From Nanobdellati archaeon (lineage in GTDB: Archaea; EX4484-52; GLR71), in the NCBI GenBank assembly GCA_019429125.1, contig JAHYJO010000006.1, forward strand, positions 1-62,370: a stretch of 62,370 nucleotides of DNA, given 5' to 3'. The position numbers were made by a program, and so were the translations under genes. Each line of letters begins with the position of its first letter. The stretch's first letter is position 1. A model generated the notes under the pieces. The model made no database searches and was not told the origin of the DNA. It saw nothing but the letters and a program-made list of their open reading frames with translations. Below, piece after piece: positions 20,805 through 30,548 of this stretch.

Positions 20805-23800
20805 ATGTCTAGGTCTGTATTATTGTTTGCATTAAGCATAGTATTATCATTGTCGTTTGTTCTATATAGTCCTACAATAAGTCCTGTAATCGAAGCTACA
20901 AGTCCTAATCTTACAGTCAAAACCTATACAGGTCTGCCTTATATGAACATAAATCAAAGTGATAGGTTTCATGTGGCTTTTAGCACATCTTATATTTCCA
21001 ATAAAAATGTAACTATCTATATCTCACCAAATAACCAAACATCAACAAATAATAAACCCTATTTTTTCATAGATAATAATAGTATTGATGAGTCTTGTCA
21101 CAATTGTGACAATTGCTGGTTAAATTCAAAAACCATAAATTATTTAGATGGTAATGAATCACTCTCTGTAGTGAATATAACTTATACTCTAAATAATCCA
21201 AGCATAGGTACAGTCGTCAACATCTACTTCGATGCAACCCCTATAAACCCTCAGGCAATCCTCTACACCAACTGGACCGGACGAATAGACACCGACACCT
21301 ATTCGACTCAGAACCCATTCACAATCAGACCCCCATACCTCACAATTAATGATTTATATGCCCAATCAAGAACAGTCTACCTTGGAGATAATCTGACTCT
21401 TGCAGGATTTATGATAAACAATTCAGACAGCCCAGATTACACAGGTGACGCCTACAACATCACCGCAACAGCAGATAACACAACAACTAGTCTTGAAATC
21501 ATTTCAAACAAGACAATAGATGTAACAGATATATTACATCCTGCTGAAAATCAATTTATTCCTCCCTCTAATTGGACAATCAACGCAAAATCCTTAGGCC
21601 AATCAAACATTTCAATCACTGCAAAAGACCAGACAGGAGCCTACAATGACACAATAAATGTAACAATAAACGTAGTCAACCTGACAGTCACTCCCGGAAT
21701 ACTTGAAGAGAATCCAATACAGGGAGAACCAATCACAATAATCGCAAACATAACAGACAACGCATCTAAACTTTTTCCACCCGATATTGATTTGACCTAT
21801 GCAAACCTGACTTATCTCGCTTTAAATGAGACTTCTGGTAATTTAGAGTTATACGAATCTCAAGCATGTCTGACCGAATCTTTTGAATTAAACGAGACTT
21901 TAAGCGGGACAGACTACACAGTCTTGACCTGCAAGGTTTATATTCCAGAAAGGTCCGGGCTATATAACCTTACCATATCTGTTACTGATCAATATTTTAG
22001 TTATAATGGGACTGAAACAATACTCAAATCAAAGACAACAACCAATACCTCAAACTTCACAGTATCTTTCGGAAAGCTGAACCTGACAAAGACATTTGCG
22101 ATGATGCTTGCAGTAAATGAAACATTTGACAACCCACAAGGTTTTTGGCAATATGGTGAGGATAAAAACCCATTGTGGCAAATTGATTCAGGTATTATGA
22201 TGTATTTAAATTCTCCTAATAGTTCATCTAATGTCTTAAATCTCATAGATGCTCTTCCAGAAAGTACTGATAATTATATTGAGGTCAATATTTATATTCC
22301 TCCTAATTATAATCCACAAATTAATACACCTGTTGGAATAGTCTTTAGAAACACTTTAGATAAATATTATACATTTGGATTTAATGGTGTTATCGAGGGT
22401 GATAATTACAGTTTTACAATTATTAAATATGAAACCAAGGGTACTGTATTGAAATCACAAATAATAACTTCGGGTAATTATTATAATCCTAATTTTATAG
22501 GTAACATTTCTAAATACTCTATATATATTATTGGAAATGAATTCATAGGCTTTATAAATGATCTGGAAGTAGTAAGGGGTGTTGATGAAGATCCAATTGA
22601 ATATGGAAAAGTTGGTATTTATTCATCATATATTAATTTTTTTGACAATTTCAAAGTCTACAACATCCTTGACCCTAAAGATGCTCTTCTTCTGAACCAG
22701 ACATTCAAGATACAATCATTTGCAGAAGTTGAAGATGGTGACCTCTGGGGTCCGACAAATTACACAATTTCAAAAAGCAATTCAAAGATATCAAACCAGT
22801 CTGCCATGGGCTTTCAGAATGCATCAAATTTAACATTGGGTTCCTGGCAGATAATTAACTGGGGTGAATTTGATACAGATATTTTAGGTTACACAAATTT
22901 TACAATAGAGATCACCTCCTCAAAAGGCACAACGGCCACACAACATATAAACACGACAATAGTGCCCTTGATTGCATACATAGGTGAATCTGTAATCAAT
23001 TACAGCCATCCTAATATAAATTACATCAATGTCACCGGTTTCGGCCCCTCACTAAATGGCCCAAATGGCATGTTTTCGGTCTCAATAAAACCAGAATATT
23101 CAGAAACAGAATATACAGTAACAAATTTCACGTTTGATTCTACACTTTCAGACATAACAAACAATAATTATGTATATAGCAACAATTATACTTCCACTTA
23201 TCTGTCCGGAAACTACGACCTTGACATATCAATGAGAAACCAATACAATAAAAACATCTCAAACACGACAGAATCATTCTTTGTCAATTATGGGTATTTG
23301 AGTATTATAATACTTGCAAATCCTGGAGCAATTACATGGGGTGATTCGGCAATGCAATCAGTTGATGTATATGCATATGGTGGTGATGTAAGGAACATTA
23401 CATTAAATATGACCTCTTTGACACCGAATTATCTTGATTTATATCTTGGTGAAATATCTAATCGGACTGAAATGGCGATTTTGAATAATCAATTTAAAAC
23501 CTATACCTGGAATATTTCAGCAGCATATTCAGCAGGTTATGCAAACCTATCTGTTTCGGGGAATGCGACCTATGGCGGTAATGATACAACAAATAAATAC
23601 AATATAAATATAACTAGTGGTGTGGATACCGAAGCACCAAAAATATTAAATGTTTCATTAAAATACGACATTGTCAATCTCAAAGAAAATATGACAATTT
23701 ATGCAAAGATAACTGATGATTATGGTGTGCATACTGCAGTTACACAAATTTTCTATCCAAATCTATCTGGTTATTCAGAAAACTATACAATGACTTTTGA

Positions 23801-25973
23801 TTCTACTATAGACCTGTATTATTTCACATTCACAAACACGACAATATTGACAAATGACACAGAATCATATAATATACAGATATATGCAAATGACTCTAAA
23901 TCTCTTTTGAACGCATCAGACAACAGCACAACTTTTAACACGACAAACTACTATCATATAGACCCTAATGCATTGAACTATAACCTATTCAATTTAGGCG
24001 AATCAATGATTGCAACAATTCCAGTCCACACAATAAATAATAACACCATTACAGATTTCAATTTAACTCTTATGCTAAAAAAGTCAGGTGCTGAAAATGC
24101 CACAGTTCTTCTCCCAAACAACAAGACAGATTCTTACACTTATTACATCAATGCGTCAGACCCTACAGGACTTTACACCCTTGATATGAATGTCTCAAAA
24201 GACGGAAACACAGCAAACTTTTCTGGAAATTTCACAGTAAGCAATGTTTACACTCCTAACTTTATACAACCTACATCAAACTACCAGACTCAGCAACCAC
24301 AAGCAAATCTTTATGATTTTGCAAGTCCTTTAATAGAGGTATTTAATGCGCGAGGTGAGCTGGTACAGTCTTGGGGTGTCAATGTCTGGATAACTTGTGC
24401 GCAACCATCAAATATCTCTTTATTTATTAATGGGATTTGGCAACATTATGTAGATTCAGGCACCACAGCATGTCAGATGCCATCTTTTGAAGGACCTTTT
24501 GACATCTTAGCATTCGTACACGACACCTACAACAATTCCGGGACATCAAGCCTACAGATGAACGTGCAAGCATATGGTAGTCCTCCTCCTAGTACAGGTG
24601 GCAGCATATCACCAGGTAGTTCATTTCCTCCTTACACACCTGATTTCATACCTTACTCAAACATCTCAAATTACTCGTCCTACAACGAAAATCTAAATAT
24701 TTTTTCTTTTGAGTTAGGTATGCGCGACATAAACATGTTTCAGGGTGAAAATAGAGAGATTACAATAAATCTTAACAATGTGGGTCGTGATGACCTAAAC
24801 CTTTCTGCATCATACGAATCCAGATGCTGTTCTATTGACTTGAACGAGACCTATTTTGTAAAATCAGGTAACAATCTCGCAATATCTTTGGTAGTATCAT
24901 CAATGCTATCTGAAGAGCCCGGCACATATATTATGAAAATAAAGATTTCAAACGGTGATAAACTACAAGAACAGAATCTAAATATCCGATTAGACAAAAA
25001 TCAATTAATCAGTGATTTTGAATACATTAAAAATGATTTTAAGAGAATTAAGAACATTTTAATTGATTTGAATAGATTCGGAATTGATGTAGGACCTTAT
25101 ATGGAATTATTTGGATATTCAGAAACACTTATGTTAGCAACACAACAATCAATAATGTCAAATGATCTACAATCTTTTGACGCTCAGATTGTACAATTAT
25201 CTGCGTTATTAAATTCTCTAAATATGAATCTGACCGAAAAAGAAAATATAATATGGGTTATCAAGAACAGATATAACCTCGCAGGTCTTTTAATATCATT
25301 AATCCTATTTGTGTTTGCTCTTAAATATTATTTATTCCCTTTAATATTATTGAGCATTGAATATAAACAGTTAAAATCAAAAGAGTTCAACCTTGCAGCT
25401 GAAGAGAAATCAACCGAAAAGGAATATTTTACTCGTGTAATTGATAAGTCTACATTCAACAACATATTGACTAAAAAGCATGAACAATTGACAAATATAA
25501 GGACTCGTATGGTTCATATCCGAAAATCAATAAAACTATTGATGCATGGTCATAATGTCCCTATAGAATATTTAAATGAAACGCATAATACTGGAAAAAA
25601 ATCAAAAAATAAGTCAAAATCTATATTTGGTGCGAAACCAATAAAACTTAAGTCATTTATGGGTTTTACCAATCCTTTATCGTATCTGTCTCTCCGAAAA
25701 GAAGAAACATCCCCTACCTCAAATCAAAAAACACGTACACCCATAAATTTAGCTGAAAAGACACCTATGTATCCCAAAGGACAGAATTTTTCATCATCTC
25801 AGACTTCAACCCCTGTTATGTCTAAGACTGGAAAAAAATTATCAAAGATTGGGAAAAACAAGAATCTAGGTGATGAAATGCGCGAGATATATGGTGGCAA
25901 TCTGAAGAAAGAAGAATCAAAAGAATCATTCAATGACATAAAGAAAAAGATAAACAATATATTTGATGATTGA
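20805..25973 (+). CDS. Large (1722 aa) cell-surface glycoprotein paralogous to the C-terminal part of the 2857-aa protein, with an internal ConA-like/DUF1080-like domain
   Basis: Signal peptide; Ig-like repeats; shared NVSKDGN, CC-containing domain, coiled coil, TM and EEK.TEKEYFTRVIDK.TFN tail; GKVGIYSS..FFDNFKV motif. Confidence 0.9.
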   Translation: MSRSVLLFALSIVLSLSFVLYSPTISPVIEATSPNLTVKTYTGLPYMNINQSDRFHVAFSTSYISNKNVTIYISPNNQTSTNNKPYFFIDNNSIDESCHNCDNCWLNSKTINYLDGNESLSVVNITYTLNNPSIGTVVNIYFDATPINPQAILYTNWTGRIDTDTYSTQNPFTIRPPYLTINDLYAQSRTVYLGDNLTLAGFMINNSDSPDYTGDAYNITATADNTTTSLEIISNKTIDVTDILHPAENQFIPPSNWTINAKSLGQSNISITAKDQTGAYNDTINVTINVVNLTVTPGILEENPIQGEPITIIANITDNASKLFPPDIDLTYANLTYLALNETSGNLELYESQACLTESFELNETLSGTDYTVLTCKVYIPERSGLYNLTISVTDQYFSYNGTETILKSKTTTNTSNFTVSFGKLNLTKTFAMMLAVNETFDNPQGFWQYGEDKNPLWQIDSGIMMYLNSPNSSSNVLNLIDALPESTDNYIEVNIYIPPNYNPQINTPVGIVFRNTLDKYYTFGFNGVIEGDNYSFTIIKYETKGTVLKSQIITSGNYYNPNFIGNISKYSIYIIGNEFIGFINDLEVVRGVDEDPIEYGKVGIYSSYINFFDNFKVYNILDPKDALLLNQTFKIQSFAEVEDGDLWGPTNYTISKSNSKISNQSAMGFQNASNLTLGSWQIINWGEFDTDILGYTNFTIEITSSKGTTATQHINTTIVPLIAYIGESVINYSHPNINYINVTGFGPSLNGPNGMFSVSIKPEYSETEYTVTNFTFDSTLSDITNNNYVYSNNYTSTYLSGNYDLDISMRNQYNKNISNTTESFFVNYGYLSIIILANPGAITWGDSAMQSVDVYAYGGDVRNITLNMTSLTPNYLDLYLGEISNRTEMAILNNQFKTYTWNISAAYSAGYANLSVSGNATYGGNDTTNKYNINITSGVDTEAPKILNVSLKYDIVNLKENMTIYAKITDDYGVHTAVTQIFYPNLSGYSENYTMTFDSTIDLYYFTFTNTTILTNDTESYNIQIYANDSKSLLNASDNSTTFNTTNYYHIDPNALNYNLFNLGESMIATIPVHTINNNTITDFNLTLMLKKSGAENATVLLPNNKTDSYTYYINASDPTGLYTLDMNVSKDGNTANFSGNFTVSNVYTPNFIQPTSNYQTQQPQANLYDFASPLIEVFNARGELVQSWGVNVWITCAQPSNISLFINGIWQHYVDSGTTACQMPSFEGPFDILAFVHDTYNNSGTSSLQMNVQAYGSPPPSTGGSISPGSSFPPYTPDFIPYSNISNYSSYNENLNIFSFELGMRDINMFQGENREITINLNNVGRDDLNLSASYESRCCSIDLNETYFVKSGNNLAISLVVSSMLSEEPGTYIMKIKISNGDKLQEQNLNIRLDKNQLISDFEYIKNDFKRIKNILIDLNRFGIDVGPYMELFGYSETLMLATQQSIMSNDLQSFDAQIVQLSALLNSLNMNLTEKENIIWVIKNRYNLAGLLISLILFVFALKYYLFPLILLSIEYKQLKSKEFNLAAEEKSTEKEYFTRVIDKSTFNNILTKKHEQLTNIRTRMVHIRKSIKLLMHGHNVPIEYLNETHNTGKKSKNKSKSIFGAKPIKLKSFMGFTNPLSYLSLRKEETSPTSNQKTRTPINLAEKTPMYPKGQNFSSSQTSTPVMSKTGKKLSKIGKNKNLGDEMREIYGGNLKKEESKESFNDIKKKINNIFDD

Positions 25974-26027
25974 TTAATTAATTATAAATATTACATTTAC
26001 AAAAGAATACATAAGGGTGCAAAAGAT

Positions 26028-26750
26028 ATGGAAAGAGTCTCGACAGGAATAACAGGTTTTGATGACAAGCTTGAAGGTGGTTATGTGCCAGGTTCAGTTA
26101 TCTTAATCGCAGGAAAAGCAGGAACATGTAAAACTACAGTTTCAGCAAGTTTTATTTATGATGGTGTGCAAAAAAATGAACCAGGGGTATATATAACAAC
26201 TGAAGAGATGGAAAACGAGATAAAGGCAGATCTTATGTCTGTCTTTGGTTGGGATTTTGTAGCTCTTGAACAAAGAGGTATCTTGAATTTCATGTCAATC
26301 AAACCGATATACCCAGACAAAGTCTTAGGTGACTCTGACCTTGCAAAGATAAGCAAGTTCTATACTTATGACATATCAAAAAAGATAATTGCAGCAGTAC
26401 GGGCTGTGGGCGCAAAACGTCTGGTCATAGATTCAATATCTATCTTTGAGATGTTCATAAAAGACAAATATCTGGCAAAGATATCCCTTATGACACTTCT
26501 TGAAGAGTTAAGGAAGACCGGTGTCACAACAATTATAACCGGTGAGATTCCGGAATCAAGTGATGGCTTAAGTCGAAATGAGATTGTAGAATATCTTGCA
26601 GACGGTGTTATAAAACTGGAATTTGTGCCTGTGTCAGAAGATTACAAAAGAACAATAACTATCCGAAAGATGCGAAGGACAAACCATTCAAGTGACATAC
26701 ATCCGTTCGAATTCAATAATACTGGTTTGAGCATTGTAGAAGTCAGATAG
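26028..26750 (+). CDS. Single-domain KaiC/RAD55-like RecA-superfamily ATPase
   Basis: RVSTGITGFD..GG, Walker A GKAGTCKT, YITTEE, RLVIDSI, EYLADGVIKL, IRKMRRTNH. Confidence 0.93.
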   Translation: MERVSTGITGFDDKLEGGYVPGSVILIAGKAGTCKTTVSASFIYDGVQKNEPGVYITTEEMENEIKADLMSVFGWDFVALEQRGILNFMSIKPIYPDKVLGDSDLAKISKFYTYDISKKIIAAVRAVGAKRLVIDSISIFEMFIKDKYLAKISLMTLLEELRKTGVTTIITGEIPESSDGLSRNEIVEYLADGVIKLEFVPVSEDYKRTITIRKMRRTNHSSDIHPFEFNNTGLSIVEVR

Positions 26751-26764
26751 ATACGTAGTGTGTC

Positions 26765-27196
26765 TCAAAATCCAACCGTTGAATTAGTATATTTCTTTGT
26801 TGTGTATGTTGTCGTATACATCTCTTTTTCTTTTATTTCTATTATTCTTGTGAGGTCATCTTTTCGTATTTTTAGTTCTTTATATGCATCTTCACAAGCT
26901 CGCAAAGTATGTTTTACTGTCATCTCAGCATTTTTTTTATTTCCATATCCAGAATTATATGCGCCCTTACTAATTTGTATAAGCAAAACATTTCTTTTTT
27001 TTATATTTTCAACCATATCTTTTTCAAGCGTATCATACAAAGTCTTAGCAGTTCCATACTTCATACTCTCAGAAATAGTCTTGCCTTTATACTCCAATCT
27101 TTCATCTTTTTTATTCAAACTGCCAAAAGACATCATCACCACAGATGATGCAACAGCCATAGCGCCCATAAACAGTATTATACTCATAATAACCAA
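26765..27196 (-). CDS. Membrane-anchored helical hypothetical protein (leader shared with 27707-28294)
   Basis: MSIILFMGAMAVASSVVMMSFG followed by a Lys/Glu-rich helical domain. Confidence 0.65.
   Translation of the reverse strand: MVIMSIILFMGAMAVASSVVMMSFGSLNKKDERLEYKGKTISESMKYGTAKTLYDTLEKDMVENIKKRNVLLIQISKGAYNSGYGNKKNAEMTVKHTLRACEDAYKELKIRKDDLTRIIEIKEKEMYTTTYTTKKYTNSTVGF
27126..27192. repeat. 67-bp direct repeat, copy 1 (encodes the shared leader)
   Basis: Matches 28224-28290 with one synonymous mismatch. Confidence 0.9.
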
Positions 27197-27216
27197 TTAA
27201 TTTTTTTACGTTTTAA

Positions 27217-27644
27217 CCTAAATTTGACAGTTTTAAAACTATTTCATTCTGAAAACCTATTTGACAGTTGGCAATTATTGAGCATTTTTGCTTGAGTTAA
27301 TCATGACATTTCTTTATTTTTTACTAAAATATACTAATTTTGGGATAAAAATAAGACTAAATATCTTTTTTTTCATAATTTTTCTAAATTTTAGCCCAAC
27401 TGTCAAATTCATTTGGCTAATTTTTGTGAATTTTCTTAATTTTTATTAAAGATTAAATCTGAATTTTGATATAGATCAAACAATAATATAATATTTTGAC
27501 TTTGACATACAAACTGTCAAATAAAGTATTAAAAAATGTGTGAAAAAACGTAATAAACGCAATCAATTAACATACTAATATCTGTCAAATTCTGGTTTTG
27601 AAAAAACGCTAAAAAATAAAAAGGTCATAAATGTCAAAGTTGGG
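27217..27644. mobile_element. Candidate 428-bp non-coding MITE with imperfect 16-bp TIRs, 6-bp TSD and internal TTTGACA repeats
   Basis: Left end CCTAAATTTGACAGTT, right end (reverse complement) CCCAACTTTGACATTT, 13/16 identical; TTTTAA at 27211-27216 and 27645-27650; 7 TTTGACA/TGTCAAA copies; no ORF. Confidence 0.6.
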
Positions 27645-27706
27645 TTTTAAATATTTTAGTTATCCGTTTCAATATGTGGTCTCAAATCTATATTATTTGT
27701 ATTTGT

Positions 27707-28294
27707 TTACTTTTCTGATACTTCAAATTCTTTTTTTAGATAATTAAGTTGTTTTAAATATTCAGAGATTACATGTAGTTTATAATGTGCATCATTACTT
27801 TTGCGTCTCTGCGGACTCAATTCCTTCATTCTTTCTTTAAAATCTTGATCTATTTTATCTGGGTCAGATTCAGTTTGTGCATATAGTTCATGTTTCTCAA
27901 ACATCTGTTCATTCAACAGATTGTATTGTGCTATTTCTTCTTCAAGAGCTTTGGAATCCTTAAGTGCACTATTATACGCAGATTTTATCTTTTCATATGA
28001 CATATCTTTTGCAACTGTATATTTATCATTCAAAGCTTGTACTTCTGATTCTGTAGCTATTTTATCTTTGTTTTCATTATAATCCATCAATCCTGTCGAA
28101 CTAAGGTTTAAAGGATTATTCATATCAAAATTTATTGGTTTTTCGTTACCTAAAATAGTCTTAATCCATTTTAAATATCCTCCTTTAAGGGTATTTCCAC
28201 CAATATCATTATTTGCATATCCCAAAGACATCATCACCACAGATGATGCAACAGCCATAGCTCCCATAAACAGTATTATACTCATAATAATCAA
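27707..28294 (-). CDS. Membrane-anchored helical hypothetical protein (leader shared with 26765-27196)
   Basis: MSIILFMGAMAVASSVVMMSLG followed by a coiled-coil-like domain. Confidence 0.65.
   Translation of the reverse strand: MIIMSIILFMGAMAVASSVVMMSLGYANNDIGGNTLKGGYLKWIKTILGNEKPINFDMNNPLNLSSTGLMDYNENKDKIATESEVQALNDKYTVAKDMSYEKIKSAYNSALKDSKALEEEIAQYNLLNEQMFEKHELYAQTESDPDKIDQDFKERMKELSPQRRKSNDAHYKLHVISEYLKQLNYLKKEFEVSEK
28224..28290. repeat. 67-bp direct repeat, copy 2
   Basis: Matches 27126-27192 with one mismatch. Confidence 0.9.
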
Positions 28295-28308
28295 CCAACC
28301 AATCTAAA

Positions 28309-29157
28309 TCATAATTTTTTTTTAACCTTTTCAGCTTCAATTTCTTCCATCAAGTCTTCCATCCGCCTAATGAACCGTCCTGCATTCTCAAGCATCTTGT
28401 CAAGCATGTCACCAGATATTGTCTTTATTGTCCCATGCTCATAATCTTTCCAGGTCTTGACAATCTCGTCCACATATCTCACGTACTCCGGCTCTAACTT
28501 ATTCTTCTTGACAAATATCTCATTTAAGCTTGTCGCAACCATCTTTTGTGTAGGTGGTGAGAATCCAGCCATAATCAATGGCGCCTGCCCCGCATCAACA
28601 ACAGCCGTATATATTTTTTCAAGAACATTGAGCATAAATTCATGCCGTATCCGTTTAATCCTTAACGGTGCCTTCCCTATAAGCGACCGCATAGACTCTT
28701 TAGTGCCAGAAATCCTGCCATCTATCAAAAGTTTTTTAAGCGGCACAAAAAATCCAGATGGGTCATATACAGGTATACCATCTCTAATTTCTTGGAATGT
28801 CACAGGGGATCCGTGCCGTATAAGGTCCCAGTACTCAGTAAGATTATAATAAGATGTATGGATATCTACTTCCTGTTTATTTTTTGCAATCACAGAGGCC
28901 TCATGCGCGCACAGGTCAAGCTTTTTTCGTGTCAATGTATCAATCTCGCACATGTCATCAAATATTATGATTGCTGTCATGTCTCGTGTCTTAGAGAAAT
29001 CACTTGAGGTAAGAAGCCAAATAGATTTAATCACAGGCTTAAAGTCCTTAAGCACATGATTACAATATTCCTTTATTGCGCTGACCTGTGTTAATTCATT
29101 TTTTACTTTTGTTTCTTTTTGGACTATTTTTTTCTTTTCCGCCATCAATTTTGACAT
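28309..29157 (-). CDS. Nucleotidyltransferase-fold + HEPN-like protein with degenerate catalytic motif
   Basis: Paralog of the upstream gene (YWDLIRHGSP..IRDG..YDPSGFF.PLKKLL..G.I.GTKE, AGQAPL); GS..DxD replaced by TS..DMT. Confidence 0.8.
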   Translation of the reverse strand: MSKLMAEKKKIVQKETKVKNELTQVSAIKEYCNHVLKDFKPVIKSIWLLTSSDFSKTRDMTAIIIFDDMCEIDTLTRKKLDLCAHEASVIAKNKQEVDIHTSYYNLTEYWDLIRHGSPVTFQEIRDGIPVYDPSGFFVPLKKLLIDGRISGTKESMRSLIGKAPLRIKRIRHEFMLNVLEKIYTAVVDAGQAPLIMAGFSPPTQKMVATSLNEIFVKKNKLEPEYVRYVDEIVKTWKDYEHGTIKTISGDMLDKMLENAGRFIRRMEDLMEEIEAEKVKKKL

Positions 29158-30232
29158 CTCCTATAGCTTTCTGAAGGTTTGTTGCATAAATATTGCTTGA
29201 ATAGATTTCGTCCTCTGATATATCTGATACATTGCCCGAATCAAATGCTTTCTTGTTGGTATGCATTTTTTTGAGTGTTTCAATATGGTCTTTTGACACA
29301 AGTCCTGTGTCTATGAAATGTACCTTGAAATGTTTCAATATTTCAGAATGGTCCTTAGGTTTAACCTTACCTGCCTTCTTAAGAGCCGAACTGCAAGCAT
29401 CAATTGTCTTGTCATATGCCTCATTGACCATCTTTTTCTTTTTCATGAAATCAAGCACATTGAAAAGTTTTTCCATGCTTTCAATAAATTCAGTAACCAT
29501 ACCTATATACTTATCAATCTCGCGCCCTGAAACATTAGTAATCTCACCATGGTCAATCTTTCGTGTGGTCTCATACATCCTCTCATAGTCCTGAACAATC
29601 CGTGCAGGAATTATTTTAGTATCAACAAACCTCTTAGACAGTTCACGGCCTATATTTTTTGATGCAGGTGGTGCAACACCTGAAAACATAAGAACTGCCT
29701 GTGCAGACTCAACCATGGCAGATAAAAGGTCAGATGTTATGTCTTCTAAAAATATTTTACGCGCCTCACCAAGCTTTTTAGGCGCATCATTGATAAGCGT
29801 CTGCGACCTCTCCTTTGTCCCCGAAAGTTTACCGTCATTTAACAGTATCTGTATAGGTTTGATATACCCTGATGGGTCATAAAGAATAAGTGCATCTCTC
29901 ATCTGAGTAATAATCCATGGCTGTCCTGAACGCACCATGTCCCAAAAAACAGTAAGTGGTTTTGGCGCCTGCATATGAAGGTCCAGCTTATCATTAGTCA
30001 TTGCAGTTTTTGAAATATCGCGCAAGTTCATATTCATAAGGTCAATGACGCGCTTATCAAAATCCTCGCGAGTATCGTCTACAATGACAAGTATATCAAT
30101 GTCTGATCCCTTGACATAATCTTTTTGCCTAACTGCAGACCCTGCGATGTATACAGACTTGACTACTGTCTTGAATTTTTCGCAGAATGGGATAACATAA
30201 TTATTAATCTTGTCAAGGATTTCTTGTTCCAT
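29096..30232 (-). CDS. Pol-beta-type nucleotidyltransferase + HEPN-like domain protein
   Basis: AGSAVR..GSDIDILVIVDD; YDPSGYI; AMVESAQAVLM; second HEPN-like helical repeat. Confidence 0.85.
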   Translation of the reverse strand: MEQEILDKINNYVIPFCEKFKTVVKSVYIAGSAVRQKDYVKGSDIDILVIVDDTREDFDKRVIDLMNMNLRDISKTAMTNDKLDLHMQAPKPLTVFWDMVRSGQPWIITQMRDALILYDPSGYIKPIQILLNDGKLSGTKERSQTLINDAPKKLGEARKIFLEDITSDLLSAMVESAQAVLMFSGVAPPASKNIGRELSKRFVDTKIIPARIVQDYERMYETTRKIDHGEITNVSGREIDKYIGMVTEFIESMEKLFNVLDFMKKKKMVNEAYDKTIDACSSALKKAGKVKPKDHSEILKHFKVHFIDTGLVSKDHIETLKKMHTNKKAFDSGNVSDISEDEIYSSNIYATNLQKAIGDVKIDGGKEKNSPKRNKSKK

Positions 30233-30548
30233 GCATTGATTTAGTTCAGTTGTGTATATATGTTTTTTATGGTTTTGATTATGAAAGTATCAAATGTTGT
30301 TATTTCGCGCAACCAACAAGAACATAAAACTGTAATCTACTCAAATCTCATAAAGTCACCCCCCAGCCGTGTTAACGCATCTATTTTTAAAGACCTCTGG
30401 CAAAAATAAAATAAACCAAAAAACCCCAAAAAACAACCTTACTTTTTAGCCATCACAATACAACTATTTAAATAATCGTCTGTAAAGATTAGTATTATCC
30501 TTAATTTACATCTCTTAAGATGTATAATCTAATAAAAAATCAGATGAT

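Noticed and set aside
8380-25973. Diversity-generating retroelement acting on the surface proteins
   Set aside because: No reverse transcriptase and no TR/VR pair with adenine-specific mismatches noticed; an exhaustive self-alignment could not be run
27197-27706. Canonical archaeal oriC
   Set aside because: No ORB-like TCCA..GAAAC/G-string motif and no orc1/cdc6 nearby; TIR plus TSD favours a MITE
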